From: Mycolicibacterium smegmatis
GTDB taxonomy: Bacteria > Actinomycetota > Actinomycetes > Mycobacteriales > Mycobacteriaceae
Assembly (NCBI RefSeq): GCF_001457595.1
Contig: NZ_LN831039.1
Location: forward strand, 4,650,001-4,682,000
Direction: 5' to 3'
DNA length: 32,000 bases
Both the position numbers and the translations under genes were made by a program. Of this stretch, positions 19,415-27,589 are shown in pieces. The stretch's first letter is position 1. The number at the start of each line of letters is the position of its first letter. The notes under the pieces were generated by a model. The model worked only from the letters and a program-made list of their open reading frames with translations. It ran no database searches and was not told the DNA's origin.

Positions 19415-19669
19415 GGTGGTCCTCCTTCATGCACGACAGATTGTGACGCGTGCCACTCAGTACAGTGCCAGCTTTCGGATTGACCTATGTCGGCGTCCGT
19501 GAATTTCGCCAGCGGTGGGTGTCGCGGCCTGTGACGTGCACCGAATCCGTCCGGCCACGGTGACGAAAGCCGTGATGTCGGCCCGAGAAATTCGATCTGA
19601 CCGCCACTGATCCGGGGCGCCCACTCACCTTGACTGGACGTGCCTGTCCCTCGCGACCCGGAGGATCCA

Positions 19670-20758
19670 ATGCGACTCGGCTACTTCGCAATGCCCCTGC
19701 ACCCAGTCGGCCGACCCTGGTCGGAAACCCTGCGTGAGGACCGGGAGGCGGTGATCCTGGCCGACCGGCTGGGATTCCACGACGCGTTCATCGGCGAGCA
19801 CCTGACGGACCGCCACGAGAACATCACCAACAGCCTGGTGTTCCTCGCGACGCTGATCTCCGACACCCGGCAGATCCGTCTGGGCACCGGGACCACGAAC
19901 CTGTCGCAGCAGCACCCCGTGCTGGTCGCCGCCAACTCTGCGATGTTCGACCACCTCGCCGACGGCCGGTTCATCCTCGGCATCAGCGCCGGCGCGCTGC
20001 CCTCGGATGCCGAGGCACTCGGCATCCTCGACCAGGACCGCAACGCGATCTTCGCCGAGGCCATCGATGTGATCACCGCGATCTGGGAATCCGAGCCGCC
20101 CTACTCCCTGGTCCGCGACGGCGGCCGGTTCTCCGTGACGACCGAGAAGACCTACGACCCCGATCTGGGGGTGGGAATCCTGCCCAAGACCCTGCAACAG
20201 CCGCGACCGGAGATCGTGGGCACCGTGGTGGCCCCGTTCTCCAAGGGCGTGATCACCATGGGGGCCCGGGACTTCCACCCTCTGTCGGCCAACTTCCTGC
20301 TGCCGCAGTGGGTTTCCACGCACTGGCCAAATTACGTGCAGGGCAGGGAATCGGTAGGGGCGCAGGCCGACACCGCTGACTGGCGGGTGGCCAGGACGGT
20401 GTTCGTCGCCGACGATGCCGCGGTGGCCGAGAGCTACGGCCGCGACGATCCCCGTAGCCCGTACCGCTACTACTACTCCAAGATGCTGACCAAGATGCGC
20501 AAGATCGGTCGCCTCGAGCTGTTCAAGACGCACCGCGAACAACCCGACGACGAGGTCACCCTCGATGGCGTGCTCGACCAACTGGTCATCACCGGAACCC
20601 CGGAGGCGGTGGCCGACCAGTTGCGGCGGTTCCAGGAAGAGGTCGGCGAGTTCGGTGAGCTCGTGTACGCGGGACTGGACTGGGTGGATCCCGATCTGGC
20701 GCGACGGTCCATGGAACTCATGGCCGAAAAGGTCATGCCGATGGTGAACGCGGGCTGA
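19670..20758 (+). CDS. LLM class flavin-dependent oxidoreductase (resembles actinobacterial 'limonene monooxygenase-like' luciferase family members)
   Basis: MRLGYFAMPLHPVGRPWSETLREDREAVILADRLGFHDAFIGEHLTDR..., RLGTGTTNLSQQHPVLVAANSAMFDHLADGRFILGISAGAL; GGAG upstream of ATG 19670. Confidence 0.9.
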   Translation: MRLGYFAMPLHPVGRPWSETLREDREAVILADRLGFHDAFIGEHLTDRHENITNSLVFLATLISDTRQIRLGTGTTNLSQQHPVLVAANSAMFDHLADGRFILGISAGALPSDAEALGILDQDRNAIFAEAIDVITAIWESEPPYSLVRDGGRFSVTTEKTYDPDLGVGILPKTLQQPRPEIVGTVVAPFSKGVITMGARDFHPLSANFLLPQWVSTHWPNYVQGRESVGAQADTADWRVARTVFVADDAAVAESYGRDDPRSPYRYYYSKMLTKMRKIGRLELFKTHREQPDDEVTLDGVLDQLVITGTPEAVADQLRRFQEEVGEFGELVYAGLDWVDPDLARRSMELMAEKVMPMVNAG

Positions 20759-20759
20759 C

Positions 20760-21314
20760 ATGGTCGAACAGGCATCCGCCGACCGGCTGCCCATGCCTGA
20801 ATCGCTCGACCCGGAGCAGCGACGTGCGGTGGAGCGGATTACGTCCGGACCGCGCGGCGGGCTGTTCGGCCCGTTCGTCCCGCTGCTACGGGCACCTGAA
20901 CTGATGACCCGTGTGCAACTCGTCGGCGAATACCTGCGATTCGAGTCCGAACTGCCGGATCACCTGCGCGAGTTGCTCATTCTGCTCGTCGCGCGTGACT
21001 GGGACCAGGACTTCGAATGGGGCCACCACGTGCCGCTGGCACGCGCCAGCGGGCTGGGCGAGGACGTCATCGCGACGATCGCTGCCGGCGGCGCACCCGT
21101 CGGCCCGACCGACGTGCGCGCGTTCTGGCGGCTGGCCGCCGAACTCGTGCGCGGCCATGCCGTCGGCGACGCCACGTTCGCCGACGCGGTGGCGGCCGCC
21201 GGTGAGGTCGCGGTCGTGGAGGCGATCGTCACGATCGGTTACTACACGACGCTGGCGATGACCATGAACGCCGCGCGCACACCGATTCCCGACGACTACG
21301 AGAGGCTGCCGTGA
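20760..21314 (+). CDS. Carboxymuconolactone decarboxylase-like (AhpD-fold) protein lacking cysteines
   Basis: GPRGGLFGPFVPLLRAPELMTRVQLVGEYLRFESELPDHLRELLILLVARDWDQDFEWGHHVPLARASGL. No Cys residues in 184 aa. Confidence 0.85.
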   Translation: MVEQASADRLPMPESLDPEQRRAVERITSGPRGGLFGPFVPLLRAPELMTRVQLVGEYLRFESELPDHLRELLILLVARDWDQDFEWGHHVPLARASGLGEDVIATIAAGGAPVGPTDVRAFWRLAAELVRGHAVGDATFADAVAAAGEVAVVEAIVTIGYYTTLAMTMNAARTPIPDDYERLP

Positions 21315-22039
21315 GCACACCACTGGTTTTCCTGCACCCCTTGGGAGCCGACCGCAGCTTCTGGACGGTGGTCACCGCGGAGCTGGGCGGTCGTGACCAT
21401 GTCGCGCTCGACCTGCCCGGTCACGGTTCGGCCGCTGTGCTGCCGCGCGGCGCCGGCATCGCCGCGTTCGCCGACGCGGTGACCGGGCAACTCGATCCCG
21501 GCACTCGGATGCACCTGGTCGGTATGTCGCTGGGCGGCATCGTGGCTCAGCAGATCGCCTTGGACCGGCCGGACCTCGTCGCGTCGGTCGTGCTGGTGGA
21601 CACGATGCCGGTCTACCCGGAGCCCATGCGCCAGATGTGGCGTGACCGGGCCGCCGTCGCCCGCCGCGGCGAATTGGCGAGCCTGGTCGAACCAATGGTC
21701 GAGATGTGGTTCACGCCTGAACTTTCGGCCGCCGGCGACGCGCGGGTGAGGCATGCGCGTGAGGTATTCGCGCGCACCGACCCCGAGGGTTACGCGCGCT
21801 CGTGCGATCTGCTCGCCGAGGTGGATCTCAGCGAACGTCTTGCCGCGCTGCGGGTTCCCGCCGTGGTGGTGTGCGGCCGCGACGACGCGCAGCCCTTCCG
21901 CGACGCGGCGGTTTCGATGGCCAGGAGCACCGGTGCGGCCGCTGTGCACTGGCTGCCCGGCAAGCACGCGTGCGCCGTCGAATCGCCGCGCCTGTTCGCC
22001 GAACTGCTCGACGACCGGCTGGTCACGCCTGGCCGATAG
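21311..22039 (+). CDS. Alpha/beta fold hydrolase (3-oxoadipate enol-lactonase-like)
   Basis: FLHPLGADRSFW, LVGMSLGGIVAQQIALDRPDLV (nucleophile elbow GMSLGG), VVCGRDDAQP, GKHACAVESP; GTGA overlap with previous stop. Confidence 0.9.
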   Translation: MSTPLVFLHPLGADRSFWTVVTAELGGRDHVALDLPGHGSAAVLPRGAGIAAFADAVTGQLDPGTRMHLVGMSLGGIVAQQIALDRPDLVASVVLVDTMPVYPEPMRQMWRDRAAVARRGELASLVEPMVEMWFTPELSAAGDARVRHAREVFARTDPEGYARSCDLLAEVDLSERLAALRVPAVVVCGRDDAQPFRDAAVSMARSTGAAAVHWLPGKHACAVESPRLFAELLDDRLVTPGR

Positions 22040-23372
22040 CGGGCAGCAGCCGCACGAGCCGGGCGGCCACCTGCAACTCGGTGCGACGCTCGGCCAACGG
22101 GCGCCCGATCAGTTCCTCGACCTTGTGCAGGCGATTACGCACGGTGTGCTCGTGCAGTTGCAGGTGCTCGGCTGCCGCGACGTGGGAGCCGAACCGGAAC
22201 GACGCCTCCAGCGTCTCACGTAGTCGCGCGGCCTCGACCGTATCCCGCGCGAGCGGCCCGAGTTCGCGTTCGACGAACTGTCGGGCCCGGTCGGGATCAC
22301 GCATGAGCAGGATCTCCAGACCGACGTCGTCGTGGCGCACCACCGCGGGAGCACCCGAGTCCCCCCACGCCGCCCGGATCCGTTCGGCGTCCATGGCCTC
22401 CTCCAGGCTCTCGCGGAATCCGTCGATACCCACGCTTGGTCCGCCGAGCGTCGCAACCACCCCAGCCTCTCTCAACACACCATCGAGAGCTTCCAGGATG
22501 GCCGGCTTCCACTCGCCGATACGCCCGAGCCACACGACCGTCGAGCTCAGCGTGAGCGGGTAGACCAGCGAATGCTGACAGCTGACGGCGGCACGCATGC
22601 CGACCGAAAGTTGTGTCGCGGCACCCTCGGCCAGCGTCGGCAGCAGTACCGCGATGTGGCGGCAGCTCAGGTCGTAGGACAGGATCGCGGTGTCCGACAC
22701 CGCGAGTGTGTTGCCCTCACCCCTCAGGATCTCCTTCACGAGATTGCGTCGCATGTGCGCGCGCGAGCGGTTGAGGGCCTCGTAGTCGCGCGTGTAGGTC
22801 TCCGCAACCTGTGAGGCGACGAAATCCTGATAGCCCAGGATCGTCTGCGTCAGCAGTTGCATCGCGAGCGCCGCCTCGTCGCGGTCGATGTCGCGCTCGA
22901 CGATCACCTGGCGCAGGAAAGCGGTCCAGGCCTCCCACATCGTGAAAAAGCTGACGCGGTAGGACCTCTGCATCGACTTCTGCGGTATCCGCAGCTGGGC
23001 CTGCACCGTCGCGAACGACAGCACCTGCTCGAGATAGACGTCCTCCAGGGCGATGTCGCCCGCGATGACCGATCGCAGGCAGTGCGCGTTGGCCCGGGTA
23101 CTCGCTGTCAGGTGGGCGCGGAACTCGTCATCGCCGATGTGGTTGGGAAACGCGATGCCCAGGCAGCGCCCGATGATGACGTCGACAAGCCCGTCCACGT
23201 CGAACCCGCGCGCGACGTCCTGCACCCAGGACGGCACAGGCCGCTCGTCACGCCACAGGTTCAACGGCGCCGGCATCGCATCGGCGGGCGAGTTGGTGTC
23301 AGCAGTCCGGTGAGCAGTCGTCGACATCCAGATGCACCTCGGTGGGTTGTTCAATGGTGCGACCTGCGTCAC
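22023..23372 (-). CDS. PucR/CdaR-type helix-turn-helix transcriptional regulator
   Basis: C-terminus LRETLEASFRFGSHVAAAEHLQLHEHTVRNRLHKVEELIGRPLAERRTELQVAARLV (PucR-type HTH); lacks the classical PucR N-terminal domain of the regulator at 1839. Start may instead be the internal ATG (MSTTAHRTADTN). Confidence 0.87.
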   Translation of the reverse strand: MTQVAPLNNPPRCIWMSTTAHRTADTNSPADAMPAPLNLWRDERPVPSWVQDVARGFDVDGLVDVIIGRCLGIAFPNHIGDDEFRAHLTASTRANAHCLRSVIAGDIALEDVYLEQVLSFATVQAQLRIPQKSMQRSYRVSFFTMWEAWTAFLRQVIVERDIDRDEAALAMQLLTQTILGYQDFVASQVAETYTRDYEALNRSRAHMRRNLVKEILRGEGNTLAVSDTAILSYDLSCRHIAVLLPTLAEGAATQLSVGMRAAVSCQHSLVYPLTLSSTVVWLGRIGEWKPAILEALDGVLREAGVVATLGGPSVGIDGFRESLEEAMDAERIRAAWGDSGAPAVVRHDDVGLEILLMRDPDRARQFVERELGPLARDTVEAARLRETLEASFRFGSHVAAAEHLQLHEHTVRNRLHKVEELIGRPLAERRTELQVAARLVRLLPAIGQA

Positions 23373-23418
23373 ACCTTGCCGCGATGGTAGCCGGAAATGG
23401 ATGCATCGTGGGCGCGCC

Positions 23419-24411
23419 TCATCGCACCGTTTCGACCGCGCCGGTGTGCGCCGAGCGGGTGATCGCCTCGAACGTGCACGCGTTGGCGACCATCTCGTCG
23501 AGCGGGACCGGGTAAGGCGCCTTCCCGGCTACCGCCTTGGCGAAGGTTTCGATGTTCTCACGCACCGATGCATGCGGCGGATAGAACTGTGACGTGGCCG
23601 GTCTGCCACGCAGTTGGCGGGTGACGTCCCAGCCCTGGGGCGCCTCGGGATGTGTGCGGTCCCGGATCTCCACCCAGCCCTCCGAGCCGAGCACGGTCAC
23701 GCGGCCGACGAACGGCGTTGTGAGAACCGCGGTGATCAGCGCGGTCTGGCCCTTCTCGAAGGCCAGCGTGATCGCGAGGGTGTCGCCGTTGGCGAATGTG
23801 GTTGCCTGCGTCGACAATCGCGCCCACACCTCGGTGGGTCTGCCGAGGATGCTGATCGCCAGGTCGACCAGATGGATGCCGGTCGCCGACAGCGGGCCGA
23901 CCGGCGCCTCGACCGCCGAGAGCCGCCAGTTCTCGGCGGGCAGGTCGAGGAACTTGTCCTGGCTGAAGTTGCCCTCGAAGATCAGGGGCACCCCGAGTTC
24001 GCCGTCGGCGATCGCCCGTCGCATGTCGGCCACGGCAGGTTCGAAGCGACGCTCGTGCCCGATCCCGAGTTGCAGGCCCGCGTCCTTGACCGCCGCGACC
24101 GCCCGCCGGGCGTCCTCCCCCGAACCGCTCAGCGGCTTCTCACAGAAGACGTGCTTTCCGTGCGCGGCGGCCGCGATGATCTGCTCGACGTGAAATTTGT
24201 GTGGGGTGCACAGGATCACCGCGTCGACGGAGTCGTCGCGCAGGACCTCGTCGAAACTGTCGTGGACGTCCGCGACGAACGGACGCGCCGCGGCGCGGGC
24301 GTCGGCACTGATGTCCACCCCGGTCACCACCTGGACGTCATCGCTGCCAGACAGGTCGCGGACGACCTTGCCACCCCACCATCCGAGTCCCACAACGGCT
24401 GCATTGATCAC
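23419..24411 (-). CDS. Gfo/Idh/MocA family oxidoreductase (third in window)
   Basis: INAAVVGLGWWGGKVVRDL, HVFCEKPLSGSGEDARRAV, GIGHERRFEPAVADM. Confidence 0.93.
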   Translation of the reverse strand: MINAAVVGLGWWGGKVVRDLSGSDDVQVVTGVDISADARAAARPFVADVHDSFDEVLRDDSVDAVILCTPHKFHVEQIIAAAAHGKHVFCEKPLSGSGEDARRAVAAVKDAGLQLGIGHERRFEPAVADMRRAIADGELGVPLIFEGNFSQDKFLDLPAENWRLSAVEAPVGPLSATGIHLVDLAISILGRPTEVWARLSTQATTFANGDTLAITLAFEKGQTALITAVLTTPFVGRVTVLGSEGWVEIRDRTHPEAPQGWDVTRQLRGRPATSQFYPPHASVRENIETFAKAVAGKAPYPVPLDEMVANACTFEAITRSAHTGAVETVR

Positions 24412-24617
24412 ATCGAACAGTCAAGGGCCCGGCCGAACCTCGTGCATTGTCGTCGAACGTGAACTTCGCGGCCCGACGTGTCGGAATCCGTCACCGGTCA
24501 AGCGGGCCGTGTCCCCATGCGCCATCGATCCCCGCCCAGATTCACGAAGTCCGTGAGTGATTGCCGGGCGCCGCGCCCGTTCAATTGAGGGCGACAGTGC
24601 TACGACAGGAGATGCTC

Positions 24618-25766
24618 GTGACCCAGGACTATGTGACCACCGGGGGTGGGGTCGACACGGACCTGTTCCGGCATGTCGCCGGCCACCTGGCAAGTGGCGT
24701 GACCGTCGTGACGACCCGCGCCGACGACCGTGACTACGGTATGACCGCCAGCTCGGTCACCTCCCTGTCGATGGAGCCGCCGATGATGCTGGCCTGCATC
24801 AACAACGCGGTGCCCACGGCGGCCGCCATCGAGCGCAGTGGCCGCTACACCGTCAACGTGCTGGGTCAGTCACACGCAGATCTCGCGCATCAGTTCGCCG
24901 CCCCGCGACCGGACAAGTTCGCCGGGGTGTCGGTCGAACGCGGGATCGCCGACGTGGTCATCCTGACCGACGCGATAGCCGCACTCGAATGCGAGGTGAC
25001 CGAACAGGTGATCGGGGGAACGCATTCGGTGTTCTTCGGATTCGTGGTGTCGGCGACCGCTCGCGACGGTGCTCCGCTGACCTACTTCCGTGGCGGCTTC
25101 GGCAGATTCGAGTTCGAGTGCAACGACAACGCCTACGCGCGGGCCCGGGACATGGTGCTCAGCCGGGTGTTCACCGCCGAGCAGGTGGTCACGGTCGACG
25201 AACTCGCCGACCGTCTCGAAGGTGACCGGGCGCAGGCGTTCTACGCGCTCACCCGGCTCGCGGCCGACGGTTTGGTGTTGCGAGACCCACAGCGGGGCTA
25301 CGTCATCGCACCGTTCGACATCAAGACATCCGACTACACCTTCGAGGCGCGGCTCGCGATCGAGCTCGGTGTCATCGACTGCGTCGGGGACCATGCCGAC
25401 CCCGCCCAGCTCGCGATCGCCCGCCACCACCTCGAGACGATGTCGCGGCACCTCGTGGGTGACCGGTTCGAGGACTTTCATGCCTACCTCGACGCGAACT
25501 ACGCATTCCACGAAGCGATCGTCGCATTGACCGGGAACCCGTTGCTGATCGCGGCGTTCGGCTCGCTGAGCATCAAGAACGTCATGATGCGCAGCTTCGG
25601 GAACACGGCCCAGTCGTCCACCGCATTCCTCGCAGCCCAGCGCGACCTCCTCGAGGCACTCGAACGTGGCGACACCGTGGGCGCCCGTGAAGCCGCACGG
25701 AGTTACTGTGCGCTCGCCAAAGCCCGCACGCGCCAGCTTCTCTCGCTCACCGGCGGCCTGTTCTAG
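24618..25766 (+). CDS. Flavin reductase domain fused to GntR-like winged-helix and FCD-like C-terminal domain
   Basis: N-term FRHVAGHLASGVTVVTTRADDRDYGMTASSVTSLSMEPPMMLACIN...YTVNVLGQSHADLAHQFA (flavin reductase); middle VVTVDELADRLEGDRAQAFYALTRLAADGLVLRDPQRGYVIAPF (winged helix); C-term DANYAFHEAIVALTGNPLLIAAFG...AQRDLLEALERGDTVGAREAARSY (FCD-like). GTG 24618 preferred, 6 nt after AGGAG. Confidence 0.87.
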   Translation: MTQDYVTTGGGVDTDLFRHVAGHLASGVTVVTTRADDRDYGMTASSVTSLSMEPPMMLACINNAVPTAAAIERSGRYTVNVLGQSHADLAHQFAAPRPDKFAGVSVERGIADVVILTDAIAALECEVTEQVIGGTHSVFFGFVVSATARDGAPLTYFRGGFGRFEFECNDNAYARARDMVLSRVFTAEQVVTVDELADRLEGDRAQAFYALTRLAADGLVLRDPQRGYVIAPFDIKTSDYTFEARLAIELGVIDCVGDHADPAQLAIARHHLETMSRHLVGDRFEDFHAYLDANYAFHEAIVALTGNPLLIAAFGSLSIKNVMMRSFGNTAQSSTAFLAAQRDLLEALERGDTVGAREAARSYCALAKARTRQLLSLTGGLF

Positions 25767-26602
25767 GCCAGCCGGGTGATCTCCACGACGACGTCGAGGT
25801 CAGTGGAGCCCTCGCCCGAGTAGATTCCCTTGAGCGGCGCCACATCCGAGTAGTTGCGGCCCACACCGACGCTGACGTACTGCTCGTTGATCTCGGAGTC
25901 GTTGGTGGGGTCGTAATCCCACCAGCCGCCGGTCCACGCCTGCACCCACGCATGGCTCTGGCCGTCGATGGTGTCGCCGACGGCCGCCTCGCGTGTGGGA
26001 TGCAAATAGCCCGAGACGTAACGTGCAGGAATTCCCATGCCACGCAACATGATCAACGACAGATGCGCGAAATCCTGGCATACGCCTTTGCCCTCGCGCA
26101 GCGCGTCGAGCCCCGACGAGTGCACGCCCGTGGTGCCGGGCACGTAGTCCAGTTCACTGCGCACCCATTGCGCGGCCGCGATCACCGCCTCATACGGGTC
26201 GTGCTCCTTGGCAATACTCCGGCCGACGCGTTCGATGCGCTTGCTGCACGGTGTGTAGTGCGTGGGGGCGAGCACCTCGTCGAACCGGTCGATGACCGCC
26301 TCGGTCCGCAGATCGTCCCAACTGACCGGCTCTTCGGGTTTCTCACCGACCTCGGTCTCGACCACCGACGACGACGTCACCTCGAGTTCGGCGTGTGGCG
26401 CATGCAGGTCGAACGCCGTGACCGCGGTCCCCCAGTAGTCCACATACCGGTAGGACCGGGTGGCGGGAACCGTCTCGACGCGGTTGAGGATCACGTTCTG
26501 CCGCGAGTCCGAACGCGGCGTCAGCCGAACCTCGTTGAACGACGCGGTCACCGGCGACTTGTAGGCATAGCCCGTCGAGTGCACCACGCGCAAACGCCAC
26601 AT
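25763..26602 (-). CDS. Transglutaminase-like family protein (Rv2409c-like)
   Basis: MWRLRVVHSTGYAYKSPVTASFNEVRLTPRSD..., GKGVCQDFAHLSLIMLRGMGIPARYVSGYLHP, SHAWVQAWTGGWWDYDPTND (Cys-His-Asp). Confidence 0.94.
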   Translation of the reverse strand: MWRLRVVHSTGYAYKSPVTASFNEVRLTPRSDSRQNVILNRVETVPATRSYRYVDYWGTAVTAFDLHAPHAELEVTSSSVVETEVGEKPEEPVSWDDLRTEAVIDRFDEVLAPTHYTPCSKRIERVGRSIAKEHDPYEAVIAAAQWVRSELDYVPGTTGVHSSGLDALREGKGVCQDFAHLSLIMLRGMGIPARYVSGYLHPTREAAVGDTIDGQSHAWVQAWTGGWWDYDPTNDSEINEQYVSVGVGRNYSDVAPLKGIYSGEGSTDLDVVVEITRLA

Positions 26603-27580
26603 CTAGATCTCACCTTCCTCGATGACCAGTGCGTCCCCGCGCCCCGCGTCGGTCCACGCGACCCAGGGTGCCGAGTGGAAGTACTGCTGCGCCAACGCTT
26701 CTCCGACGTCACGGCAAGTCTTCTGCAGACCGGCCAGGCGCGTCTCCAACGATTCCAGCAGCGCGCCCGGCTGCAGGAACTCCAGCTCACTGCGGGCCCG
26801 GCCCAGCAGTCGCTGCGCCTCGTCGGTGGCACCGAGACGGTTGTGCGGCCGGTTGAGCAACTCGTCGAGGTTGTGTTCGGCCAGCCGCAGCGAGTGGAAA
26901 ATCGACCGAGGGAACAACCGGTCGAGCATCATGAACTCGACGACTCGCCCGGCGTCGAGCACGCCACGGTAGGTGCGCAGGTAGGTGTCGTGCGCGCCGG
27001 CCGAGCGCAGCAGCGTCACCCATGCGGGTGACGACGCGCTGTCGCCCACCCGCGAGAGCAGCAACCGCACGGTCATGTCGACACGCTCGATCGCGCGGCC
27101 GAGCACCATGAACCGGTAGCCGTCGTCACGGCTCAAGGTCGAGTCGGCGAGCCCGGCGAACATCGCGGCCCGGCCTTCGACGTACGACAGGAACTCGTGG
27201 GGGCCAAGGCGTTTCGCGGCCCGCTCGCGCTCGGCGAGCGCGTTGTAGGTGGTGTTGAGGCATTCCCAGATCTCGGTCGAGGTCACCTCGCGGGCGCCGC
27301 GGGCGTTCTCGCGGGCGGCGGAGATGGCGTCGACGATCGAAGCGCCGCCATACGTGCCGCGGCTGAACGCGACGATGTCGGTCAGCGACCACACGTCGAG
27401 CCGCTCGCGGGGCGGGTCGATCCCCAGCACTCGCAGCAGCGTCCGCGACGCCTGGTCCGGGTCGACGCTGGAGTCCTCCAGCAGTTGGTGCACCGTCACG
27501 TCGAGGATGCGTGCGGTGTCGTCGGCCCGCTCCACGTAGCGGCCGATCCAGTACAACGATTCGGCATTGCGCGCCAGCAT
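26603..27580 (-). CDS. Alpha-E domain-containing protein (Rv2410c-like)
   Basis: MLARNAESLYWIGRYVERADDTARILDVTVHQLLEDSSVDPDQ... characteristic alpha-E family N-terminus; clustered with ATP-grasp and transglutaminase genes. Confidence 0.94.
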   Translation of the reverse strand: MLARNAESLYWIGRYVERADDTARILDVTVHQLLEDSSVDPDQASRTLLRVLGIDPPRERLDVWSLTDIVAFSRGTYGGASIVDAISAARENARGAREVTSTEIWECLNTTYNALAERERAAKRLGPHEFLSYVEGRAAMFAGLADSTLSRDDGYRFMVLGRAIERVDMTVRLLLSRVGDSASSPAWVTLLRSAGAHDTYLRTYRGVLDAGRVVEFMMLDRLFPRSIFHSLRLAEHNLDELLNRPHNRLGATDEAQRLLGRARSELEFLQPGALLESLETRLAGLQKTCRDVGEALAQQYFHSAPWVAWTDAGRGDALVIEEGEI

Positions 27581-27589
27581 CGGATTTCC

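Noticed and set aside
19415-19669. Search for divergent promoters, including TTGACC at 19480-19485
   Set aside because: No convincing -10 partner at proper spacing; the region probably contains promoters for both directions but I cannot place them from sequence alone.
21860-22039. Possible frameshift or misassembly where the alpha/beta hydrolase end overlaps the convergent regulator end
   Set aside because: The 17-bp tail-to-tail overlap (22023-22039) is ordinary for compact genomes and both proteins look full length.
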